DNA of 29,971 nt from Fibrobacteria bacterium. Its GTDB lineage: Bacteria; Fibrobacterota; Fibrobacteria; UBA11236. The position numbers and the translations under genes were made by a program. The stretch spans positions 1-29,971 of the forward strand of contig JAYTHY010000080.1 in the NCBI GenBank assembly GCA_043732185.1, given 5' to 3'. The notes below the pieces were generated by a model that worked only from the letters and a program-made list of their open reading frames with translations, searched no databases and was not told where the DNA came from. Below, piece after piece: positions 9,101 through 18,077 of this stretch (positions are counted from its first letter, which is position 1; each line of letters starts with the position of its first letter).

Positions 9101-11335
9101 TTACAGAAAAAGTGGGGCCAAAACCAACGCTAAGGTCGCCAGTAGTTTGATAAGAACATGCAAAGAGGGTCCCGCCGTATCCTTAAATGGATCGCCCACT
9201 GTATCGCCGACCACGGCAGCTCCATGCGTTGGATTTTTCCTGCGTTTGCCATCGTGCCCGACAATGTACTTGCCATCGTGTACGCGGCTTTCGATCGATT
9301 TTTTGGCGTTATCCCAAGCTCCACCGGAGTTATTCAAAAACAGGGCCATAAGAATGCCGGCAATCGTACCGACCATAAGCATTGCCGCTACGGCTTGGGC
9401 AGAGATCAATTCTTCACCAGGTCCAATAAAGGCCCGGAAAAGGATGCCTACCGTCAAAGGTGCGAGTACCACTAATAAACCCGGCCAAATCATTTCTTTT
9501 AAGGCGGAGGTGGTCACGATATCAACGCAGGCTCGGTAATCGGGTTCAAAATCATGGGGAAAGTGGATGATATCGTTTTCATGGGGAAGGTCCGCAAATT
9601 GACGTCGGACTTCTCCAATAACCGATTGCGCAGCGCGGCCAACGGCTCTAAGGGCTAACGAAGTGAAAAAGAAAACCAAGGTGGCTCCAAAAAGGCCGCC
9701 CACAAAAATCACGGGACGGGAGAGGTCAACCGGGAACGCAGCATCCACTTGCAGCCCCGCGTATTGGATGACTTCATCTATATACGCTTGGAATAGCAGA
9801 AAGGCTGCAAGACCGGCAGAACCGATGGCATATCCTTTGGTTAAGGCTTTGGTGGTATTGCCAACAGCATCCAACCGGTCAGTTCGGCGACGGACCTCTT
9901 CCGGAAGTTTGGACATCTCGACGATTCCGCCCGCATTATCGGTAATAGGTCCAAAGGTATCCATAGCCAATACATACGCGGCGCTGATGAGCATGCCCAT
10001 GGTGGCAACGGCGGTTCCAAAAATGCCGCCACCCTGAACGCCACTCGTTCTGCCCAGGTAATAAGAGCCAAGCAGAGCTGAGGCCATAACGAGTACGGGC
10101 AGGGCCGTTGATTCTAGCCCCACGGCCAAACCGGAAATGATGTTAGTAGCCGGGCCGGTTATCGATGCCGCTACCACGCTTTTGACAGGGCGATACCGAT
10201 CCTCAGTATAGTATTGAGTGATATAGACCAAAGCTAAGGACGCTAGGACACCAAGAATTCCGCTTAAGTAAAAATGCCACCAGGCAGCGGGTGCCTCAGG
10301 ACTGTTCAGAAGTAAATACGTGGCACCGCCCAGGAAAACCATGGAAAGGGAAAGGCAAATTAAAAATCCACGGTTTAGAGCACTCATCGGGTCTTGCTTT
10401 TCTTCGTCCTCAAGTCGCACCGCCATGATACCTGCGATGGATGCGATAATTCCGAAAGCACGTGTCACCAATGGAAACATGATGACTCCAATTATACCGT
10501 AGGAAAAATGGATTCCCGATTTCATGGCCGTTGTCGCTAGTGTGGCGCCGATGATCATGGCACCGATATTCTCAGCCGCCGTGGATTCGAAAAGATCTGC
10601 CCCACGGCCAGCGCAGTCTCCGACATTGTCTCCCACCAAATCGGCGATTACGGCCGGGTTGCGGGGGTCGTCTTCGGGAATTCCCGCTTCAACTTTTCCG
10701 ACCAGGTCCGCTCCAACATCCGCGGCCTTGGTGTAAATGCCACCGCCGAGTTGAGCAAATAATGCCACGAAGGAAGCTCCGAAGCTATATCCGACCGTGA
10801 GCAAAGGAACCCGAGCTGGGTCGACCCCGTTAAAGGTAAAAATGAGAATGTAAAGTCCCGCCACTCCAAGCAGGCTCATGGAAACCACCAGCAATCCTGA
10901 TACTGCACCTCCGCGCAGCGCAATGCGGAGAGCATTATTCAAACTGGTTTCGGCTGCATGGGCGGTTCTGATATTGCTACGAATGGAAATCCACATACCG
11001 ATATACCCGGCCAGGACTGAGCAGAGGGCTCCCAGCAAAAAAGAAATGGCAATCCAAGTTGCCAAGGTGAGGGAAGAAGGAACTGGATCAAAATCATGAT
11101 GGGCGCGAAGGAATCCGTATCCGACAAATAGGAGAAAGGAAAAAACCAAAGCCAAAAGAATAATCGTCCGGTTTTGTCTGCGTAAAAAGGCTTCCGCTCC
11201 CGACTTAATGGCGTCGGAAATCTTTACCATGGAGGGATTTCCGGTATCGTGTCTGAGAACCCATTTTGCCAGATACCAGGCAAAACCTAGTCCTGCCATG
11301 CTTATGCTCACAACGATCAGAAGGAGTGCATGCAT
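9101..11335 (-). CDS. hppA: Membrane-integral pyrophosphatase, K+-independent H+-pumping type
   Basis: DVGADLVGKVEAGIPEDDPRNP, DNVGDC, DNAGG, GGAWDNAKK and GDTVGDPFKDTAGP motifs. GNTTKA (Lys, not Ala) marks K+-independence. Confidence 0.96.
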   Translation of the reverse strand: MHALLLIVVSISMAGLGFAWYLAKWVLRHDTGNPSMVKISDAIKSGAEAFLRRQNRTIILLALVFSFLLFVGYGFLRAHHDFDPVPSSLTLATWIAISFLLGALCSVLAGYIGMWISIRSNIRTAHAAETSLNNALRIALRGGAVSGLLVVSMSLLGVAGLYILIFTFNGVDPARVPLLTVGYSFGASFVALFAQLGGGIYTKAADVGADLVGKVEAGIPEDDPRNPAVIADLVGDNVGDCAGRGADLFESTAAENIGAMIIGATLATTAMKSGIHFSYGIIGVIMFPLVTRAFGIIASIAGIMAVRLEDEEKQDPMSALNRGFLICLSLSMVFLGGATYLLLNSPEAPAAWWHFYLSGILGVLASLALVYITQYYTEDRYRPVKSVVAASITGPATNIISGLAVGLESTALPVLVMASALLGSYYLGRTSGVQGGGIFGTAVATMGMLISAAYVLAMDTFGPITDNAGGIVEMSKLPEEVRRRTDRLDAVGNTTKALTKGYAIGSAGLAAFLLFQAYIDEVIQYAGLQVDAAFPVDLSRPVIFVGGLFGATLVFFFTSLALRAVGRAAQSVIGEVRRQFADLPHENDIIHFPHDFEPDYRACVDIVTTSALKEMIWPGLLVVLAPLTVGILFRAFIGPGEELISAQAVAAMLMVGTIAGILMALFLNNSGGAWDNAKKSIESRVHDGKYIVGHDGKRRKNPTHGAAVVGDTVGDPFKDTAGPSLHVLIKLLATLALVLAPLFL

Positions 11336-11373
11336 TGATTGTTTCCGTTTCTAAAATTGAATCTTCTTCCCAA

Positions 11374-11389
11374 AGCAAGATTTGGTCCA
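11374..11389 (-). promoter_or_regulatory. sigma54 -24/-12 promoter for hppA
   Basis: Minus strand TGGACCAAATCTTGCT = GG-N10-GC, about 40 nt upstream of ATG 11335. Confidence 0.68.
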
Positions 11390-11449
11390 TCAGTTTTAAA
11401 ATGCCGCCAAGTGAAATTTTTAATAAAACGAACCCCACAAGACTTTCAG

Positions 11450-11486
11450 GATGAAATCTCATGCAATGCCAGGATTAAGTTTCATC
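11450..11486. promoter_or_regulatory. Tandem imperfect dyads, candidate enhancer-binding-protein sites
   Basis: GATGAAATCTCATG (11450-11463) and GATTAAGTTTCATC (11473-11486), 23 bp apart and 60-100 bp upstream of the hppA -24 box. Confidence 0.5.
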
Positions 11487-11683
11487 GACTTTTCGGCATA
11501 GCGGGGATGTTCGTTAGTCAAAATGACAATCGAAACAAAATGCATACTTAGTTTTGACGTAAAAACGAAGAAATAGATAAAAATTTGGCTTCAAGTGTAT
11601 GGATTAAAAATTGCTTGTACCTGTGTTATGAACCTGACAAAGGTTTAACAAAGGGCGTGGTCTCAAAGGCCAGCTTGTGGTGT

Positions 11684-13132
11684 ATGCCTAAGCTTTCATT
11701 TTTGAACTGGCCCATCCGACTGCTTGGTCGAACTTTTATTCCTATGCGTTTAAAATTCACTATTTCCATGGTGCTGACCATCCTGATTTTCGGGGCCATT
11801 AATTTTTCGATTTCCTATACCTTTGTGATCCATAGTGCCAAAGAGCACATTGACGAAAAGGTAAGTATGGTAGCCAAGGTACTAGCCAAGGAGATTTCAA
11901 CATATTTGGCCGGTGGCGATTTTACAGCAGCTGAAAATTTGGCGCGTTCAGCTAGGGAAGGTGATCCGGAAATACTTTACATCTCAGTTATCGATGCTCA
12001 AGGCAGAAACCCATTCCTTACCAATTCATCCGAAAATCATGCACCTCGTTCAAGCGTTCTTTCCAATTCGGGGAAATCCGTATCAATTAGAGAAAAAACG
12101 TTTCCCATAGCAAATGGAAAGTTAGGCAGTCTGGTATTTGGAATAAATGAAAATGTGGCGACGGGCATGGGACGCCAATTCGGATTCATTATGCTGGGCA
12201 TGACCGGATTTTTTTTATTGCTTGGAATAGGAGGGTCCATAATCTTCTCTTATTTCATTTCCGCCCCTATATACAAGATTTTAAAAGGGTTTGGAGAATT
12301 TGTACCGGGCGGACCCATGCCCAGCATTCGTATTGACGTAAATGACGAAATGCGGCTGCTAGCCCAAGGCTTCCAATTTATGATGGAAAGGATCAATGAA
12401 ATAGATCTCGATTACAAAACGACTCAATCGAAAATCATAGAAACCGAAAGGCTGGCCAGCATGGGTACCTTGGCAACTGGTTTGGCACATGAAATAAATA
12501 ATCCCATTGCAGGAATACAGATGTGCTTGCGTCGGTTGCAAAAGTCCAAGAACCTGGATTTTCGGCAAACTGAATATCTTGTTTTAATATCGGATGCAAC
12601 CAATCATATCAAAATGGTCGTTCAAGACCTCTTGAGCTATGCTCAGGAATCGGACAGAAAAAAAGAAAAAATTGATCTTCGGAAAGTGGTGATGGATGCC
12701 GCTAATCTCGTTCAGCCCAGGTTGAATCGAAATAATATTCACTACCATGTCGATCTGCCTTTACAGTCTTGTTGCATTCAAGGCGTTAAAAATCACTTAG
12801 TTCATGTCATTGTAAACGGAATCATCAATTCCATCGACGCTATTGATCAAGGCGGGAATATTGACGTATCACTACGCGGTAGCAAAGATTCCTTTTTGAT
12901 TGCCATTGTCGATGATGGAATAGGAATCGACGCTGAGGTTGCCGCTAAAGCTTTCGATCCATTTTTTACCACTAAGGGTAAAAAGGGAACGGGGCTGGGC
13001 CTTTATGTATCCTTTGGAATAGTTAAAGCCCACAAAGGACAAATAGAATTAAAAGCCAAACCTACGGGTAGGGGTACCATTTTAACGATAGAATTGCCAA
13101 CGGAGAAAGCATATGAATATTCTCATAGTTGA
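11684..13132 (+). CDS. Membrane sensor histidine kinase (NtrB-like, two TM helices, probable HAMP)
   Basis: H-box LAHEINNPIAGI, INSIDA, DDGIGI, FDPFFTTK and GTGLGL. Start uncertain (11684 or 11744; the TTG at 11585 is less likely). Confidence 0.93.
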   Translation: MPKLSFLNWPIRLLGRTFIPMRLKFTISMVLTILIFGAINFSISYTFVIHSAKEHIDEKVSMVAKVLAKEISTYLAGGDFTAAENLARSAREGDPEILYISVIDAQGRNPFLTNSSENHAPRSSVLSNSGKSVSIREKTFPIANGKLGSLVFGINENVATGMGRQFGFIMLGMTGFFLLLGIGGSIIFSYFISAPIYKILKGFGEFVPGGPMPSIRIDVNDEMRLLAQGFQFMMERINEIDLDYKTTQSKIIETERLASMGTLATGLAHEINNPIAGIQMCLRRLQKSKNLDFRQTEYLVLISDATNHIKMVVQDLLSYAQESDRKKEKIDLRKVVMDAANLVQPRLNRNNIHYHVDLPLQSCCIQGVKNHLVHVIVNGIINSIDAIDQGGNIDVSLRGSKDSFLIAIVDDGIGIDAEVAAKAFDPFFTTKGKKGTGLGLYVSFGIVKAHKGQIELKAKPTGRGTILTIELPTEKAYEYSHS

Positions 13133-14513
13133 AGATGAGAAAAGCCTACGGCTGTCCCTGGCGGATGAGCTGGCGGAGGTAGGATACCAGGTGGATTCGG
13201 TAGCTAGTGGCGAGGAGGCTATTGTACAGCTGACTGCCAAGGATTTTGATTTGGTTGTTTGTGATTTAGTTATGGACGGTCTGAGCGGCAAGGATGTGCT
13301 TCATTTTACCAAAACGCATCGACCCAATACAGCCTTTGTTTTGATGACTGCCAACGCAACCATTCAGTCCGCCATAGAAATATTGAAAAATGGCGCAGTA
13401 GATTATTTGCGCAAGCCTTTTGAATTCGAGCAATTGATGAGCATTATCCGTCAAGTCAAGGAAACGATACGGCTGCGAAAGGAGCAGGGAAAAGATTATA
13501 CGCAATGGGAAGGCTGCCGTAGTTTTGGCAACCTTATAGGTATGTCTACCCCAATGCATGAAGCGTTCGATCTTGCCACTATAGTAGCCAGTGCGGATGC
13601 CACAGTAACTATTCTGGGTGAAACCGGTACGGGAAAAAATATGCTGGCCGAGGCTATTCACTATGACAGTCAAAGGCGAAATCATCCCTTTATTATGGTC
13701 AGCTGCGCATCTCTATCCAGGGAGCTTTTGGAATCGGAACTCTTTGGCCATGAAAAGGGGGCTTTCACCGGCTCAGTGCGTCAGAAGAAGGGCCGGTTTG
13801 AATTGGCGCATAAGGGGACACTGTTTTTGGATGAAGTGGATGACATTCCCATGGAGACGCAAGTACGCTTGCTTAATTTTACTCAGACTGGAAATTTCGA
13901 AAGGGTGGGAGGGGAAACGACCATACACGCTGATGTGAGAATCATTGCGGCCACAAAAAAAGACCTTTCTAAATTAGTCGAGAAGGGTCAGTTTCGACAA
14001 GACCTTTATTACAGGTTAAACGTCTTGCAAATCCGTATCCCTCCCTTGCGAGAGAGGGTGGATGACATACCCTTGCTTGTCGATCATTTTTTAAGAAAAT
14101 ATTCACCCGATCACAAATTGAATGTGGCTCCGGAGATTATCGATATCCTTAAAAAGCACACGTGGGAAGGCAACGTCCGAGAGCTGGAACATGTCATTGA
14201 GCGGTTGGTACTACTGAACCGAGATGGTACTATTGAAAGGTCCGCCTTACCTTTAAATATCGTAGATGTGGCTGGACGGATTCCTGGATTTGGATGGGGT
14301 CAAAACTCCTTACATGAATACCTGGACCAGATGGAAGTGCGCCTGTTAAAGGATGCTTTGTTAAAGTGCTCTGGAAATAAAAGAGATACGGCACAACTAC
14401 TCAAGATTCCACTACCCACATTAAAAAGCAAGCTCGCTAAATTTCATTTAGGAAAGACGGACGATTCAGAGCACGGGGATGGGAATTCATCGGAGGAGCA
14501 GGCTCATTTCTAA
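13113..14513 (+). CDS. sigma54-dependent response regulator (NtrC family: receiver, AAA+, HTH)
   Basis: ILIVEDE and CDLVM receiver motifs, Walker A GETGTGK, ESELFGHEKGAFTGS, LFLDEV, RQDLYYRLNV and a C-terminal Fis-type HTH; overlaps the kinase by 20 bp. Confidence 0.96.
   Translation: MNILIVEDEKSLRLSLADELAEVGYQVDSVASGEEAIVQLTAKDFDLVVCDLVMDGLSGKDVLHFTKTHRPNTAFVLMTANATIQSAIEILKNGAVDYLRKPFEFEQLMSIIRQVKETIRLRKEQGKDYTQWEGCRSFGNLIGMSTPMHEAFDLATIVASADATVTILGETGTGKNMLAEAIHYDSQRRNHPFIMVSCASLSRELLESELFGHEKGAFTGSVRQKKGRFELAHKGTLFLDEVDDIPMETQVRLLNFTQTGNFERVGGETTIHADVRIIAATKKDLSKLVEKGQFRQDLYYRLNVLQIRIPPLRERVDDIPLLVDHFLRKYSPDHKLNVAPEIIDILKKHTWEGNVRELEHVIERLVLLNRDGTIERSALPLNIVDVAGRIPGFGWGQNSLHEYLDQMEVRLLKDALLKCSGNKRDTAQLLKIPLPTLKSKLAKFHLGKTDDSEHGDGNSSEEQAHF
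14478..14491. promoter_or_regulatory. Dyad resembling the hppA upstream sites, inside the regulator's 3' end
   Basis: GATGGGAATTCATC; further TTCA half-sites at 14443, 14465 and 14514. Confidence 0.35.
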
Positions 14514-14522
14514 TTCATCACC

Positions 14523-14538
14523 CGGTCCGATTCTTGCT
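14523..14538 (+). promoter_or_regulatory. sigma54 -24/-12 promoter for the porin gene
   Basis: CGGTCCGATTCTTGCT = GG-N10-GC, 12/16 identical to the hppA element; about 50 nt upstream of the GTG. Confidence 0.6.
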
Positions 14539-14586
14539 AATACAATGTTCGTTTGTCATTTCTAACTCTAAAAGGAGAACTAAATC

Positions 14587-15741
14587 GTGGGCTATATTTT
14601 TAAAATCGGGTATTTTTCACTGGCAACCCTAGCGGGATGCGCATTTTTGCTTCCGCATTCCGTTCTCGGGGACAGCACCAGCACTGTAAATTCAATTCCG
14701 GAATCCAGTTCCGGTACACCAGATGTCAATGTATCCGTTCCGTCTGTCAATGTGGCAACGCCCTCCGTGGAAAAACCCAAAGGGGCCGTTACCGTTAAGG
14801 TGTACGCCGAATGGTTCTATGATATTACCGATAAGGTGGATAAGGAGTCCGGGTTCGATCTGACCCGCTGTTATTTCGGTTATAAGCATGACTTCAGCGA
14901 TAAGATTTCCGGAAATGTGAATTTGGATGTCGGTCGGTCAAATGAAGTGACGGGTGTGACCACCGTATATGACACGTTGACGCGAAAGGTGGCTACCACC
15001 CTTGCAACCGACACGCGTTACAAGGCCTTTCTAAAAACTGCCGCTCTAAAATTTCAAAATATTCTTCCGCTTACTTCGCTAGAAGCCGGAATGGTGGGCA
15101 CCAATCAGTTTTCAGTTCAAGAAAAATTCTGGGGTTACCGGTATGTGTATAAAACATTTGTGGATCAAAACGGATACGGTGAGCCTGCGGATCTGGGCGC
15201 TAAAGTTTCTGTTAAGCTCACGGATTATCTCGGTCTGAATGCGGAGCTGTTGAACGGTGAAGGATTCAAAAAGCCTCAAGATGCCAATGGTTATTACAAG
15301 ATGTCCGGATCCCTGGATTTGAAATTGCCGATGGGCATGACGGCCACGGCATATTACGATAATTTGCCGATGCGTAAATTAGAAGCGCAATCCAACATCC
15401 TCGCTTTCGTCGGTTATGAAATGAAGGACCTGTTCCGGGTCGGTGGAGAGTATGATATGCAGATCGCCAACAAGGGTATAGTGGATCACGACTTAAATGG
15501 GCTTTCCGCTTTCGCAGCCTATATCGTGAACAAGCAGTTGGAGGTTTTCGCTCGCTTTGACATGCTGCAATCGACCGATGATTGGAATAAAGCTACGGAT
15601 GGACAGACCATAATTGCCGGTCTTCAATGTGCGCCCATAAAGGGTGTCAAAGTAGCGGCCGATTATCAAGGTTTCACTTTTGCGGTAAGCGGAGTGGATC
15701 CGCAGCCCAAGTTTAAATTGAATTTGGAGTATAGCCTTTAA
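14587..15741 (+). CDS. Outer-membrane beta-barrel porin-like protein (possibly phosphate/anion-selective)
   Basis: Signal peptide, Ser/Pro/Thr linker, alternating amphipathic strands, FDLTRCYFGY and FWGYRYVYKTFVD motifs, terminal strand KFKLNLEYSL; SD AAGGAG. The substrate is inferred only. Confidence 0.75.
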   Translation: MGYIFKIGYFSLATLAGCAFLLPHSVLGDSTSTVNSIPESSSGTPDVNVSVPSVNVATPSVEKPKGAVTVKVYAEWFYDITDKVDKESGFDLTRCYFGYKHDFSDKISGNVNLDVGRSNEVTGVTTVYDTLTRKVATTLATDTRYKAFLKTAALKFQNILPLTSLEAGMVGTNQFSVQEKFWGYRYVYKTFVDQNGYGEPADLGAKVSVKLTDYLGLNAELLNGEGFKKPQDANGYYKMSGSLDLKLPMGMTATAYYDNLPMRKLEAQSNILAFVGYEMKDLFRVGGEYDMQIANKGIVDHDLNGLSAFAAYIVNKQLEVFARFDMLQSTDDWNKATDGQTIIAGLQCAPIKGVKVAADYQGFTFAVSGVDPQPKFKLNLEYSL

Positions 15742-15826
15742 CGGCGGGTGGTATCTGTTCCTTGAGAGGTTTGCTACTATTCCCGTCTCCAGTCAGTTAA
15801 AAAATGGTGAAGAGGAGTGCGGGAAT

Positions 15827-16198
15827 ATGGTAGACAATAAGTCGGTGAAAAAAAAGTCGATGACAAAAAAGATGGCGGTGCAGGGTAATAACGAGCCACC
15901 ACTGGCCTATCAAAACTTCGTCAATCGATTCCCCGGTCTTGCCAAAGCCTGGGATGCCACTTCAGAGGCCGGTACCTCCGGATCGTTTACCGAAAAACAA
16001 ATTCGTCTCATCAAATTAGCCATTGCTGTAGGCGCAATGCGCGAAGGCGCAGTCCGTTCCAGCGTGCGCAAGGCTGTGGCCATAGGTGTTTCCCAAAAGG
16101 ATTTGGACCAAGTTGTTTGCCTCGCTGCCGGAACGTTAGGGTTTCCTTCGACAGTCGCAGTTTTTTCCTGGATGGAAAGCGCTAAAAAGAGAACCTAA
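15827..16198 (+). CDS. Carboxymuconolactone decarboxylase (CMD/AhpD-like) family protein
   Basis: PP..YQNF..RFP and LIKLAIAVGAMREGAVRSSVRKA pattern; no CxxC; SD GAGGAG. Confidence 0.8.
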   Translation: MVDNKSVKKKSMTKKMAVQGNNEPPLAYQNFVNRFPGLAKAWDATSEAGTSGSFTEKQIRLIKLAIAVGAMREGAVRSSVRKAVAIGVSQKDLDQVVCLAAGTLGFPSTVAVFSWMESAKKRT

Positions 16199-16201
16199 CC
16201 T

Positions 16202-17983
16202 CTAAAGTGAATAGCGCCCCTGCTCTATCATATGGGCGGCAACTTTGCGGCGCAGGGTCTTGGTGTCCACGGGAATGAATTTCATAAAGCGTTTGAACGC
16301 CATGAGCAACATGCGCAGTTCATCTCCAGCCGCGATGGATGCCGCGCCCTCTTTGATGCGGCCATCGATTTTAAGCATGGCATCGACTGCTGCCAATCGA
16401 ACAATGTCCAGTATAAGGCTTACCTTGTCTTCTCCAAACCGCCTGGCCAGTTTTAAGGCCCGTAAATAGGCGCTTTCTAGGGCGTAAATCTCAATGATGC
16501 AATCGGCGACCACCGCCAGAAGTTCCTGCTCATCGTTGAGTTTCAATTTGAATTTCTTCATCCCCGCGCCGGAGGCCAAGAGCACCGCTTTCTTGGCATT
16601 GGCTATCATAATTTTTTCCGGTCCCAGCAGTTCGTCCGTGTCCTCGGTCATGGTGGGCAGACCCGTGATTTCCGCCTGTACCGCCGCCATGGCCGACAGC
16701 ATATCTAGCTCACCTTTTACGCCTTTTTTGACGAGCATCCCAGTGATAAGCAATCGATTGATTTCATTGGTGCCTTCAAAAATGCGGTTGATGCGCGCAT
16801 CGCGATAGGGAAGCTCTGCCGGATAATCCTGGGAATACCCGTACCCGCCAAAACATTGCACGCCTTCATCGGCGACAAAGGCCAAAGCTTCGCTGCCAAA
16901 CACTTTGATGATGGAACATTCGATGGAAAACTCTTCGATGCTCTTAAGCACCAGGCTTTTTGCCTCTGGCGAAGTTTTGTCAATGCCATCGACCAGCTTT
17001 TGAATATGGCCAATGGTTCGGTAGGACATGCTTTCGGTGAGAAAAGTTTTGACAACCATGCGTCCGATTTTTTCCTGGATCAGTCCGAACTGGTTGATGG
17101 TTTTCCCGAATTGCTGACGTTCCGAAGTGTACTTGAGCGTGTTGTCAATAACGTCCTTGCAGCTGCCCGTACAACCCGCGCCCAATTTGAAGCGGCCGAT
17201 GTTGAGAATGTTGAGCGCAATCTTCGCGCCGTTGCCCACTTCGCCAAGCAAGTTTTCCACGGGTACATGGACATTATCCAGATTCACCGTGGTAGTGGAG
17301 GAGCCTTTGATCCCCAGCTTGTGTTCTTCCGCGCCCGTCGACACGCCAGGAAAAGCCCTTTCCACCACAAAGGCGGAGAATTTTTCACCATCTACTTTGG
17401 CAAAAACCACGAACAAATCAGCGAAGCCTCCATTTGTGATGAACATCTTGTTGCCGTTGAGCACATAGTGCTTTTGATCCGCGCTGAGCACGGCTTTGGT
17501 TTTGGCCGAGAGCGCATCGGAGCCCGATCCCGGTTCGGTCAAGGCGTAGGCACCTACCAATTCGGCCGTTGCCAGTCTAGGCAGGTATTTGGCTTTCAAG
17601 GAAGGTGAAGCGTAGTAGACAATGGGCAGCGTACCGATGCCCATATGGGCGCCCATGGTAATGGCAAAGGACCCGAACTTGGATGTTTCTTCCGAAACAA
17701 TGGTGGAACTGATTTTATCCAATTCGAGGCCGCCATGCTCTTCACTGATTTCAATGCCAAGCAGTCCCAACTCGCCGGCCTTAACCAGCAAGGAACGGGC
17801 AAGGGCGTAATCCTGTTTTTCAAATTGTTGCTTTACCGGAATGACCTCAGTAGCCATGAATTTTCGCACAGTGTCCTGAATCATGCGGTGTTCTTCGGTA
17901 AAATCCTCGGGAAGAAAAATGTCTTCCGGGGAAATCGAACCCAGTAGAAAACTTCCGCCTTTGATGGTATTGGACGAACTCAT
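16202..17983 (-). CDS. fadE: Acyl-CoA dehydrogenase (long FadE type)
   Basis: GAYALTEPGSGSDA, GNKMFITNGG, KLGIKGSST, LNIGRFKL, GGYGYSQDYP and RINRIFEGTNEINR motifs. Confidence 0.95.
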   Translation of the reverse strand: MSSSNTIKGGSFLLGSISPEDIFLPEDFTEEHRMIQDTVRKFMATEVIPVKQQFEKQDYALARSLLVKAGELGLLGIEISEEHGGLELDKISSTIVSEETSKFGSFAITMGAHMGIGTLPIVYYASPSLKAKYLPRLATAELVGAYALTEPGSGSDALSAKTKAVLSADQKHYVLNGNKMFITNGGFADLFVVFAKVDGEKFSAFVVERAFPGVSTGAEEHKLGIKGSSTTTVNLDNVHVPVENLLGEVGNGAKIALNILNIGRFKLGAGCTGSCKDVIDNTLKYTSERQQFGKTINQFGLIQEKIGRMVVKTFLTESMSYRTIGHIQKLVDGIDKTSPEAKSLVLKSIEEFSIECSIIKVFGSEALAFVADEGVQCFGGYGYSQDYPAELPYRDARINRIFEGTNEINRLLITGMLVKKGVKGELDMLSAMAAVQAEITGLPTMTEDTDELLGPEKIMIANAKKAVLLASGAGMKKFKLKLNDEQELLAVVADCIIEIYALESAYLRALKLARRFGEDKVSLILDIVRLAAVDAMLKIDGRIKEGAASIAAGDELRMLLMAFKRFMKFIPVDTKTLRRKVAAHMIEQGRYSL

Positions 17984-18077
17984 GCTATCTCCTTATTAAT
18001 CCGATTCGATTCAAAAAACAAATTATCTAATTCAACTCTAATCACCCGATCCATAGGTTTCTATAAAAATTTGCTCA

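Noticed and set aside
8890..9150. 86-aa plus-strand ORF in the nifJ-hppA gap
   Set aside because: It overlaps the hppA 3' end and the nifJ promoter; regulatory elements explain the region better.
11554..11583. Possible sigma70 promoter (TTGACG) for the kinase
   Set aside because: No convincing -10 box at 16-18 bp spacing.
17984..18077. Thiolase remnant between fadN and fadE
   Set aside because: Only a 5-codon ORF (MSKFL) and AT-rich sequence are present; no thiolase similarity is visible.
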